A DNA stretch of 11,468 nt from an uncultured Cytophagia bacterium (GCA_964457925.1 CAYWGH010000024.1:81724-93191), one strand, 5' to 3'. Positions 1 to 6,890 are shown, counted from the first letter of the stretch. A program made the numbers and translations. The notes: generated by a model from the sequence alone, not told the origin.

Positions 1-186
1 AGCCAACTTCCCTGCCCTCGACAAGCTGCCTTCGACAAGCTGCCTTCGACAAGCTCAGGCAGCGGCTATTCGTTGGCTGGGCCTGTCGAAGCCAACTTCC
101 CTGCCCTCGACAAGCTGCCTTCGACAAGCTGCCTTCGACAAGCTCAGGCAGCGGCTATTCGTTGGCTGAGCTTGTCGAAGCCAACT
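1..186. repeat. Tandem repeat array, 89-bp unit (2 full copies plus a partial one), cut by the window edge
   Basis: agccaacttc... recurs at positions 1, 90 and 179 (period 89), with 2 mismatches between the full units. Each unit has an internal 14-nt sub-repeat (cgacaagctgcctt, about 2.5 copies) and self-complementary segments (agccaac/gttggct, gctgcc/ggcagc). The array ends exactly at the stop codon of the minus-strand gene 186..1511. Confidence 0.9.
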
Positions 187-1511
187 CAATCATTGCTGCT
201 GAGATTATGTTCATACTTTTGCAGCGCGGTTTTGGGAAAATAATGCCTCAATATTTTTTGATATGAAAACCCGGCGCGCGCCATGCCCATGGCGCCGAAC
301 TGGCACAAGCCGACGCCGTGACCCAGCCCTCTTCCAGTAAAAACATATTTATTGTTTTCAAGCTGCAGATCGAACGCCGTGCTCTTCACCGAATTCCAAC
401 CCCAAACCCGGCAAACGACGGCGCGAAATCGTTCACCGCTGACGAGATGAAGCGATTGCCCCATCAACGCCAGCTCGCGGACACGGCCGTCCGAGTTGCG
501 CTTGCTAACGCCGAGAGCCACGATCGGCTCGCCCAGCTCCTGTTGCCACAATTGCAGCAGGCTGTCGGCTTTCATGCGCCATTGCCAGCGAAAATGCGGC
601 GATTTTGCGCAGTAACTCGTTTGCCGCGAGGAATCGGAGATGCTGATTAAATAAGGATGATCAAATTCGTTCGACCATACGTCGAGATCATTGGCCGTGC
701 GTCCCCCGCATGTCGAACTGTAGAAAATTTCAATCGGCAGGTTTTTATAGGTAAGAATTTCATCGGCGGTGCTTGCAATTGCATGCTGAATCGTCGAATC
801 GACGCCGGCGCTGCCGGCATAGCGCTGGCAATGCGTCAGATCACAGGCTTGATAGCCTTTTTGCTGATGGCGCCTCCAATTCTTAAGAAGATACGTGCGC
901 GCCGCCACCGCCTGTGCTTGCAACGCGGCAAACGGCGCTTGCCGCAGCTCCGCCGCTAACACACCGGCAAGATAATCCTCTTGCGCCAGCAAATTAATAA
1001 TGCACAGCTCGTTTCCCGCAACATAAATTTTAACAGTGCCGGCATACGGCCGCGCTGCAAATCTGTCTTTGCCATTGCGGTATTTCACTGCAGCGAGTAT
1101 TTCTCCTGAAGTTGTTGCAACGGTAATCGTATCTGCCAGATCAATTTCAGGATTAAGGTCGTCACTTTGAAGGTGCACGCGGCGGCCTTGTCGAATGAAG
1201 CGAATGGGTTTCGCCGTGTGCCAAGAGGTTCCATTCACGTCTCGCACAACGAACATGGGCAGCGCTTCACTGAAAGAAACCGCCTCCGCCAAGCCCGCGG
1301 CGTTATGCGGCGTTATGACTGTGTTGCGCGCCCGCAGCCCGTTCGAAAAGAGACTCTCGTACGATGGTTCTGCAAGCTTCACTTCAAGGGCTTGTGGATG
1401 AAGAATCTCAAACAAACGAACCGCTATCTTCTGTTGCGGCGGCGGCGTTTGAGCAAAAAGCGTGTGAGCAACCAGCCACCCTCCCCAAAAGACAGCTCTG
1501 CGGATCGACAT
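186..1511 (-). CDS. SpoIID/LytB-domain protein (cell-wall amidase enhancer / lytic transglycosylase family), secreted
   Basis: 441-aa ORF with ATG at 1511. Signal-like N-terminus (AVFWGGWLVAHTLFAQ). Family hallmark motifs ALQAQAVAARTY, CDLTHCQRY, YSSTCGGRT and GHGVGLCQFGAMGMARAG. Confidence 0.9.
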   Translation of the reverse strand: MSIRRAVFWGGWLVAHTLFAQTPPPQQKIAVRLFEILHPQALEVKLAEPSYESLFSNGLRARNTVITPHNAAGLAEAVSFSEALPMFVVRDVNGTSWHTAKPIRFIRQGRRVHLQSDDLNPEIDLADTITVATTSGEILAAVKYRNGKDRFAARPYAGTVKIYVAGNELCIINLLAQEDYLAGVLAAELRQAPFAALQAQAVAARTYLLKNWRRHQQKGYQACDLTHCQRYAGSAGVDSTIQHAIASTADEILTYKNLPIEIFYSSTCGGRTANDLDVWSNEFDHPYLISISDSSRQTSYCAKSPHFRWQWRMKADSLLQLWQQELGEPIVALGVSKRNSDGRVRELALMGQSLHLVSGERFRAVVCRVWGWNSVKSTAFDLQLENNKYVFTGRGLGHGVGLCQFGAMGMARAGFSYQKILRHYFPKTALQKYEHNLSSND

Positions 1512-1672
1512 TCCTGTCCTGCCTAAAAAAGTTGAAGAGAATCAAATATTCATTTTGACCGGGCAAATATACTAGCATTGCTTCAGGTAAGCAAACGGAA
1601 TATAATTAGGATTTGGGGGTAGGCATATAGCATTGCAAATCCAACAATCCCGTCCCCCCAATTATCCGGAGA

Positions 1673-2359
1673 CTAGGCCGGCCACAATCTGGGAAAGAAA
1701 CGCGGCGTTTTTGCGGCGTACTGCGCATAAGCTTCCCCGAATTCCGCGGCGACTTCGCGTTCTTCGCGCAACGCCAGCCAGACATAAGCCGCCATCAACA
1801 CCGGCCATAACACCAGCATCGTCACCGTCGGCCAATGCAGGAGCCAGCCCAGCGTGAAAAGAAACATGCCGGTGTATTGCGGATGCCGGATGAAACGATA
1901 AATGCCGTGCGTCACCAATTCTTTGGCCTGGTGAATTTGTATCCAACCCCAGGCAATCAACGCGAGTCCGAAGAACGACAGTAATGTGCCGAGAAACGGC
2001 CCGGTATGGCCAAGATGCTGATGCGCCCACTCCCGCAACGAAGGCACTTCAAACAGCGGCGACAGCAAAAAGATGAGCAACGGCCAGCCGAACATTTCCG
2101 TGACCAATGCCAGCACGAATGCAATGAATGCGCCCTGCGATTTCCACGTTCCTTTGGTCGAACGGCGATACGGCAACAGCGCCAGGAATGCAATCATCAC
2201 AACCAGATTCAACCCGATCAAACCGCCTCGGCCGAAATGATCTTGCACCCACGCCACGGTTGCCGGACGCCCGGCGTGACCGAACAATTCAATGCCGTAC
2301 AATGCTGCAAAAATCACCAAAGCGATAACGCCGGCCCAGGTGAGTAGTTTTGTTTTCAT
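1673..2359 (-). CDS. Isoprenylcysteine carboxyl / phospholipid methyltransferase (ICMT/PEMT) family integral membrane protein
   Basis: 228-aa ORF with several hydrophobic helices. The motif THGIYRFIRHPQYTGMF matches the RHPxY signature of this methyltransferase family. Confidence 0.8.
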   Translation of the reverse strand: MKTKLLTWAGVIALVIFAALYGIELFGHAGRPATVAWVQDHFGRGGLIGLNLVVMIAFLALLPYRRSTKGTWKSQGAFIAFVLALVTEMFGWPLLIFLLSPLFEVPSLREWAHQHLGHTGPFLGTLLSFFGLALIAWGWIQIHQAKELVTHGIYRFIRHPQYTGMFLFTLGWLLHWPTVTMLVLWPVLMAAYVWLALREEREVAAEFGEAYAQYAAKTPRFFPRLWPA

Positions 2360-2471
2360 CGCGCCTGCCTTTCCTGAGGTTCACTTTCGTTGGTTTGCTT
2401 TGCGGATAATCTGTGGCAATTCGAACATATTCCAGCCCGACCAAGCCGTTGCAGGAACATAGCCTAATTTC

Positions 2472-2575
2472 ACTATGTCACTTTGCAAAAACCACCACAG
2501 AGTCGCGGAGCTCGCAGAGTAAGATTGCGTGAATTCTCAGCGAACGCTGCGTCTCCGCGGTGAATCTGACATAGT
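2472..2575. repeat. MITE-like imperfect inverted-repeat element (~104 bp)
   Basis: actatgtca (2472-2480) pairs with tgacatagt (2567-2575). The inner cgcggag (2504-2510) pairs with ctccgcg (2553-2559). The cacagag...gcagag core resembles short dispersed hairpin repeats common in environmental genomes. Confidence 0.6.
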
Positions 2576-2756
2576 CAAGTTAAAATACAATGTTTTTAAA
2601 CGGACACAATTGAAAAAATGCCCGGCAAAAACCAACGCATTTGAACAATTGCGTAATAAACTCGCGCAACTTTCAATATCGTAAATCCGCGTCATGCACT
2701 GATAAAAAAATAATCACTTGCATACTCCTAAACCCAAAAATTTTCCTAAATTTCAA

Positions 2757-2785
2757 TTGACAATCTTATGTGACAGTTGTATATT
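2757..2785 (+). promoter_or_regulatory. Near-consensus sigma70-type promoter facing the T4SS-like genes
   Basis: TTGACA (2757-2762), a 17-nt spacer, then TATATT (2780-2785). An A/T-rich UP-like tract (aaaaattttcctaaatttcaa) lies immediately upstream. No other start-proximal promoter is visible before gene 3170. Confidence 0.6.
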
Positions 2786-2791
2786 CGCGGC

Positions 2792-3075
2792 ACTCTTTGG
2801 GGTAGTCTCCATCAAAACCCGGGTAGCTCTGCGCGAAAGAGCTTAGGAGACTCCCAATTCTCCTACCTAATTCACTGCATCGTTCTCCTCAAGGAGAATG
2901 CTTCTCCCATTGGTCTGCCCAGTGAGGTAGATTCTCCGTAGTATCGATGTACAAACGAAACCGGATGTCGTCCCAGAGGTTGCCGCTGTCTCAGCTTCTT
3001 TTAGATTTGCTTCGCGTCTCATTATTCCTTGTCCAGCGCCGTACTGTTTCGCCGACGGCTTGATTCATTTTCTTC
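2792..3075 (+). promoter_or_regulatory. Long structured 5' leader or candidate cis-regulatory RNA (alternatively an oriT-like region)
   Basis: No credible ORF. Nested hairpins: gtctcc 2805-2810 pairs with ggagac 2846-2851 (extended by ggg/ccc), enclosing agctct 2825-2830 / agagct 2838-2843 with loop gcgcgaa. A further hairpin is ttctcc 2883-2888 / ggagaa 2893-2898 with loop tcaa. The exact hexamer TTCTCC occurs four times (2858, 2883, 2902, 2932). Confidence 0.4.
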
Positions 3076-3086
3076 AGGAGGAAGTC

Positions 3087-3173
3087 ATGAAGCCATGCAA
3101 CTTTTTTTCATATTCGCGAGTTAGTAGCCTCCTTTCCGGATACTGGTTGGCTGAATATAAGGATCTTTCGTGA
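3087..3173 (+). CDS. 28-codon upstream ORF / leader peptide, translationally coupled to the T4CP gene
   Basis: AGGAGG (3076-3081), a 5-nt spacer, then ATG 3087. Product is MKPCNFFSYSRVSSLLSGYWLAEYKDLS. Its TGA (3171-3173) overlaps the GTG start (3170-3172) of the next gene as GTGA. It is too short for the supplied ORF track. Confidence 0.45.
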   Translation: MKPCNFFSYSRVSSLLSGYWLAEYKDLS

Positions 3174-5053
3174 AGCGATTCGGCGAATTTCTCTTGAGCC
3201 TGCTGGCTCTCCCCTTCCTCTTGCCGTGGTATCTGGCGGAAAAGCTGTTCGAATATTTCATTCAACCGCTGATTTTCAAACACTATCGCATCGGCCTCGA
3301 TGCCCGCAAGAGAAGAATCGTTCGCCTCGTCATCATCGGCGCCGGCGCGCTTGTGCTTGCCTATCTCGGCTGGAAATTCTGGCAGGTGAGCCAACTGTTT
3401 CCCTCGATCCTGGCCTTTCTGTCCAAAGGACACGTTTACTTTTTGGCGATTCTCAACGATGCCATTCGACTTGCGCAAACACTGTTGTGGCCGCTCAACG
3501 TTACGTTGACGTTCATTCGGGGCGGGCTGGTCAATTTTTGGCATCTCGCGCTGGCACTCTACTTTTGTTTTTTGCCGGTTTTGTTCGCGTTCAATCTCGT
3601 GTTGCGCATTTTCACCACCTCACGCTCGCTGGGCAAGGCCGTCACGCTGCGCAATGAGGCGGTGCGCGATGTTGACATCGTGCGCTTCGCGGAAAAGGCC
3701 AAGCCCGATGAGATTTTCATCGGCATCGACATGAACCGCAACAACGCCCCGTTTTTTGTCAAACGCCAATGGCTCAAAGGCCACGCGCAAATCATCGGCG
3801 CGGCCGGCAGCGGCAAAACCGAAAACATCATTCAGCCAATTTGGTTTCAGGAAGTACGGCGCAATGTGGCCACCTTCGTCATCGACGGCAAAGGCTCGCG
3901 CCGAAATCTCGACCGGTTTTACACCATTGCCACTTCGCTGGCCCAGGGACACGAGGTGTTTTATTTCAACCCCGGCGATCCTGATCGTTCTGCGACTTAC
4001 AATCCCGTGCTGCGCGGCAATCCCGGCGAGATTCGGCAGAAGATTATCGCCAGCTTGAACTGGGCCGAGGCTGCCGCCGGCGCGAAAGAGCACACCGCGA
4101 ATTATCTCGATTTGATCATTCGCGCCATCAAAGAAACCGGGCGCTTTATCAGTCTCGACGAGATTTATAAATACTTCACCTCGAAGACGCATTTGCACAA
4201 CGAGCTGCGCAAGCTGCGCAATCGCGCGGCTTATGAAGGCCTGTTCGAGGTGATGGAAAATTACGCGCGCTTTCAAACCGAGACCGAGTTTCTCGCCACC
4301 GCGCTGCGCGAGGTTTGCCAGTCGGATTATGCCTGGTTGCTGGACACTGATGAGCCGGAGATCGACATTGCCGATATTTACCTGCGCCGCAAGGATTGTT
4401 ATTTCACGCTGCCAATGCACAGCGGCTCACCGGCCATGCACTTTCTCGGCCAACTGATTTTGCAAGACATGGCTACCAGTTTCGCGCGCGTCACGCTCAA
4501 TCCCATGTCTGAAGCAGGCTCGGGCAACGAGGGCTTGCTGATCATCGACGAGTTGGCGCATTTTGTCAATCCTGGTTTTATCGAGTTGCTGCGGGTGTGC
4601 CGCAACGCGCAGGTGAGCGTATGTTACACCAATCAATCGTTTGCCGAGCTAACAAATCCAGCACTGCATTTGCATACTTCTTTTGTGGAAGAATTGGCAG
4701 ATCACACCAACGCGACGTTTTGCTTTCATCTCGGCAGCGTGGAGAGCATTCGCACCGTCATGCAGCGCATCGGACAAAGCAGCAGCAAAGCTGAAGCAGA
4801 ACCCGCGCCTGCACCCGCTCCAAAGGGAAAACCCAGGCCCGGCCCCAGCACAGAAACACCCGCAGCAAGCAGAAGCAGCATAGCCATCACAGAAGATTTG
4901 CTCAAACATCTCGAAGTTGGGCGCTGCCTGGCCTTCATCCGCCAGCCGCGCGTTCTTGCAATTTTGAAGACGGGCTATTTCAAATTTGAAAAACCGTTGA
5001 GTTTTGAGGGGAGGAAGAGCAGCGTTGAGATGGTTGCGAAAACCGTTGCATAG
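3170..5053 (+). CDS. virD4: Type IV coupling protein-like ATPase (VirD4/TraD/TraG family) with a polytopic N-terminal membrane domain
   Basis: 627-aa ORF. GTG 3170 is the first start after the in-frame TAA at 3158. About 150 aa of N-terminal hydrophobic helices. Walker A GAAGSGKT (nt 3797-3820) and Walker B LLIIDE (nt 4535-4552). The membrane anchor plus FtsK/HerA-type NTPase architecture is typical of T4CPs. The gene symbol denotes the family analogue only. Confidence 0.8.
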   Translation: MKRFGEFLLSLLALPFLLPWYLAEKLFEYFIQPLIFKHYRIGLDARKRRIVRLVIIGAGALVLAYLGWKFWQVSQLFPSILAFLSKGHVYFLAILNDAIRLAQTLLWPLNVTLTFIRGGLVNFWHLALALYFCFLPVLFAFNLVLRIFTTSRSLGKAVTLRNEAVRDVDIVRFAEKAKPDEIFIGIDMNRNNAPFFVKRQWLKGHAQIIGAAGSGKTENIIQPIWFQEVRRNVATFVIDGKGSRRNLDRFYTIATSLAQGHEVFYFNPGDPDRSATYNPVLRGNPGEIRQKIIASLNWAEAAAGAKEHTANYLDLIIRAIKETGRFISLDEIYKYFTSKTHLHNELRKLRNRAAYEGLFEVMENYARFQTETEFLATALREVCQSDYAWLLDTDEPEIDIADIYLRRKDCYFTLPMHSGSPAMHFLGQLILQDMATSFARVTLNPMSEAGSGNEGLLIIDELAHFVNPGFIELLRVCRNAQVSVCYTNQSFAELTNPALHLHTSFVEELADHTNATFCFHLGSVESIRTVMQRIGQSSSKAEAEPAPAPAPKGKPRPGPSTETPAASRSSIAITEDLLKHLEVGRCLAFIRQPRVLAILKTGYFKFEKPLSFEGRKSSVEMVAKTVA

Positions 5054-5151
5054 TATTATGATATTATCGCGAGCCTCAAGTATGCAGTACCATTTTTGTA
5101 CGTGGATAAGTGCTATGCAGGGCCCAAAACGGGTTCTTGAACTAGTTCATT

Positions 5152-5727
5152 ATGATGAAAATTGAACTAATAACGCCTAGTATCGCCACATTATTGTACT
5201 TAGGAGCGTGGCTTGAGGGCGTACCGTCTATCACATCGCTAATCGGTGGTTTCATTGGAGGCTTCATCTCCGGTGTAATAAGTTTTTACTTGGCACACCT
5301 TGTAGGAGATCCTATTGTTCAATGGAATCAGTTGCGTTCAGACATCACGAGTGCAATAATATACTACATCAACATACTGTTGAGCGACGAGCAAACTTCA
5401 TCTCGTCAAAATGGACAAGAGGAATTACGAAGACTTGCCGCCAAAATTCGTGGTCTTTCACAAATAATTCGCATGAGATGGATTACTGAAAAGGTGTTCC
5501 AAATACCATCCGTGCTTCAGGCAGAAGAAGCGAGCAGCAAACTTATAGGCCTTAGCAATATTATCGCTGACATTAGATCCAACGACAAGTCATCTGCATA
5601 CAAAAGAATAGGTGTTTTTTCCTTCATTCAATCTATTGAAAAAATTATGCGTATCAAAATTGACCCAAACGTCCAAGAAAAACTCAAACGTGAACATGAG
5701 CTTATTAAACTCTATAATCAGTTGTAA
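5152..5727 (+). CDS. Hypothetical membrane protein: glycine-zipper TM region plus a helical soluble domain, encoded in a low-GC island
   Basis: 191-aa ORF that stays open in AT-rich DNA, where stop codons are frequent. N-terminal hydrophobic, glycine-rich segment LIGGFIGGFISGVISFYLAHLVG. Codons mostly end in A/T, unlike the neighbouring genes. No family motif recognised. Confidence 0.65.
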   Translation: MMKIELITPSIATLLYLGAWLEGVPSITSLIGGFIGGFISGVISFYLAHLVGDPIVQWNQLRSDITSAIIYYINILLSDEQTSSRQNGQEELRRLAAKIRGLSQIIRMRWITEKVFQIPSVLQAEEASSKLIGLSNIIADIRSNDKSSAYKRIGVFSFIQSIEKIMRIKIDPNVQEKLKREHELIKLYNQL

Positions 5728-5847
5728 AGATAGTTATTGCTACTTTCGTTACTAGCCTGGCCAAGATTGACATAATATTATTTTGTGGCATTCCGTTTCG
5801 AATCAAAACTCTCAAATCTACCTTCGGCAACTTTCAAGGAGGAAACT

Positions 5848-6090
5848 ATGCAAACCATCATTCAAGCCCTCAATCAACTGACCAATGCGCTGTTGATCCT
5901 GGCCTCGCCGGTTATGGTCATCGCGCTGATCATCGCCGGCCTCAACATGGCGAGCGCAGACGGCGGCCGGCATGAGAAAGCCAAAAAACAACTCATCGGC
6001 GTGGCGCTGGCGGCCATCGTGGTGTTTGGCTCCAAAGCCATCGTCTCCGCGCTGGTGTCGTTCGTGCCCGGCGCCAACGTGTCGTTTTAA
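5848..6090 (+). CDS. virB2: VirB2/TrbC-like T4SS pilin-type small membrane protein (80 aa)
   Basis: AAGGAGG (5836-5842), a 5-nt spacer, then ATG 5848. Two hydrophobic helices (LLILASPVMVIALIIAGL and LIGVALAAIVVFGSKAIVSAL) flank a short charged loop (ADGGRHEKAKKQ), the classic VirB2/TrbC layout. It lies upstream of VirB3-like and VirB4 genes. The GTG at 5785 in the ORF track lacks an SD and was not used. Confidence 0.65.
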   Translation: MQTIIQALNQLTNALLILASPVMVIALIIAGLNMASADGGRHEKAKKQLIGVALAAIVVFGSKAIVSALVSFVPGANVSF

Positions 6091-6168
6091 ATCAGCGATC
6101 TCGACAATTTCAAGCCGTACAACGCCGAAGGCGTGACATGATTATAGATTCAAATCAATTCCCAAGCT

Positions 6169-6246
6169 GGAACCCCGTCAGGGGTGACATGTTCGCACAA
6201 CAAAACAACATGTCACCCTTCCAGGGTTCTGACGAAATTGGGTTCC
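6169..6246. repeat. Long imperfect palindrome (hairpin repeat element) downstream of the pilin gene
   Basis: Perfect 12-bp stem: gggtgacatgtt (6182-6193) pairs with aacatgtcaccc (6207-6218). It is extended by cgtcag/ctgacg and by ggaaccc (6169-6175) / gggttcc (6240-6246). The flanking ctataaacatgccagccctagcgggc resembles a dispersed repeat type seen in environmental genomes. Confidence 0.7.
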
Positions 6247-6434
6247 CACATCTATAAACATGCCAGCCCTAGCGGGCTTAAAAAACAGTTTCATTTCATG
6301 CCGTGACGAAATCGGCTTGTCATGACACAAACCGAAACCCAAATGGCTTGAAAATCACAACGAGAAAAGCTCGACAAAAAGCATTATCCGTTGGGTTTTT
6401 CAATCCGCTGGAAAAATCTTTCTCAGCTTTGCTC

Positions 6435-6764
6435 ATGACCGAAAAATGCTATCGTGAAATCCAGGCGCACAGCCAGCTCGCGGGCGTCAGCCCGATTGAG
6501 GCCATCATCCTGCTGGCCGTGCCCATCGTACTTGCGCCGTTTTTCACGCTGATGGACATCAATCTGCTGTTCGCCTTCGTGATCGATATTTTCGTCTACG
6601 CCCTGCTGCGTTTCAGCAACCGGCTGTCGGGATTCGATCACGGGTTGGTGTCATTCATCAGTTATCATTTCATCTGGCCCAAGCAGCTTTCCGGCTTCAA
6701 GCTGGATGAGCATGATTATCTGCGGAAGAAAACCGAGCAGGAAAAGCGAGTAAACGCTGCCTGA
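6435..6764 (+). CDS. virB3: VirB3-like small inner-membrane T4SS protein (start uncertain; GTG 6303 is the alternative)
   Basis: 109 aa from ATG 6435. The N-proximal LAGVSPIEAIILLAVPIVLAPFF and second hydrophobic segment LLFAFVIDIFVYALL parallel the VirB3/TrbD pattern (xGVPxx followed by TM helices). It sits between the VirB2-like and VirB4 genes. No SD is seen, and the last 6 codons and the stop lie inside a repeat. Confidence 0.5.
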   Translation: MTEKCYREIQAHSQLAGVSPIEAIILLAVPIVLAPFFTLMDINLLFAFVIDIFVYALLRFSNRLSGFDHGLVSFISYHFIWPKQLSGFKLDEHDYLRKKTEQEKRVNAA

Positions 6765-6890
6765 GCTTGACTTCGGCGAGCTCAGTCGAGCCGTCGAAGG
6801 CAGCGGTCGTTGGCTTCGACAGGCTCAGCCGCCGAGTAAGCGCTGCCTGAGCTTGACTTCGGCGAGCTCAGTCGAGCCGTCGAAGGCAGC
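6748..6890. repeat. Tandem repeat (86-bp period, about 1.7 copies), same family as 1..186 but on the opposite strand
   Basis: gagtaaRcgctgcctgagcttgacttcggcgagctcagtcgagccgtcgaaggcagc occurs at 6748 and 6834. The segment ttcgacaggctcagccgccgagtaagcgctgcctgagcttg matches the reverse complement of the 1..186 unit (ttcgacaggcccagccaacgaatagccgctgcctgagcttg). Internal hairpins include ctgagct/agctcag and gtcgaag/cttcgac. Confidence 0.85.

Noticed and set aside
1-186. Possible CRISPR array
   Set aside because: The whole 89-bp period repeats and there are no unique spacers. The units contain internal sub-repeats, and no cas genes are present.
1633-2359. Multiple overlapping ORFs on both strands (1633..1857, 1662..2030, 1957..2193, 2006..2347, 2049..2252 and 2128..2328)
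   Set aside because: All are alternative frames of the ICMT-family gene 1673..2359. That gene alone shows membrane-protein periodicity and the RHPQY motif.
2360-2756. tRNA gene, att site or integrase remnant marking the left boundary of a mobile element
   Set aside because: No cloverleaf-compatible sequence or T-loop motif was found. No direct repeat matching the right part of the window was seen. The element boundary cannot be defined from this window.
3038-3075. Intrinsic terminator or attenuator: gccgt (3038-3042) / acggc (3055-3059) followed by a T-rich tract
   Set aside because: The stem is only 5 bp with a 12-nt loop, and the T tract is interrupted. This is too weak to call.
3620-4420. 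266-aa minus-strand ORF, plus similar long antisense ORFs at 3074..3544, 7022..7864, 7958..8848 and 8903..9427
   Set aside because: All lie fully inside the T4CP and VirB4 genes, which are strongly motif-supported. Their products are low-complexity (rich in R, A, Q, G and L) with no motifs. This is typical of shadow frames opposite coding sequence that is moderately GC-rich.
5767-5795. TTGACA at 5767-5772 as a promoter for the pilin gene
   Set aside because: No acceptable -10 hexamer lies at 16-18 nt spacing (attccg or cattcc). This is kept only as a remote possibility.
5785-5847. GTG 5785 as the start of the pilin-like ORF (101-aa form)
   Set aside because: The internal ATG 5848 has a perfect AAGGAGG at 5-nt spacing. 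The extra 21 residues are hydrophilic and fall in the low-GC spacer.
5054-5847. Direct repeats flanking the low-GC island as an insertion signature
   Set aside because: Only a 7-nt AT-only match was found (atattat at 5061 and 5775), which is expected by chance in AT-rich DNA.
6139-6258. 39-codon ORF (MIIDSNQFPSWNPVRGDMF...) between the pilin and VirB3-like genes
   Set aside because: It is encoded entirely by the palindromic repeat element and has no SD. Such repeats commonly generate spurious short ORFs.
6303-6434. GTG 6303 extension of the VirB3-like ORF (153-aa form)
   Set aside because: The extra 44 residues are hydrophilic, lack family resemblance and have no SD. The extension is not excluded, so the start is flagged as uncertain.
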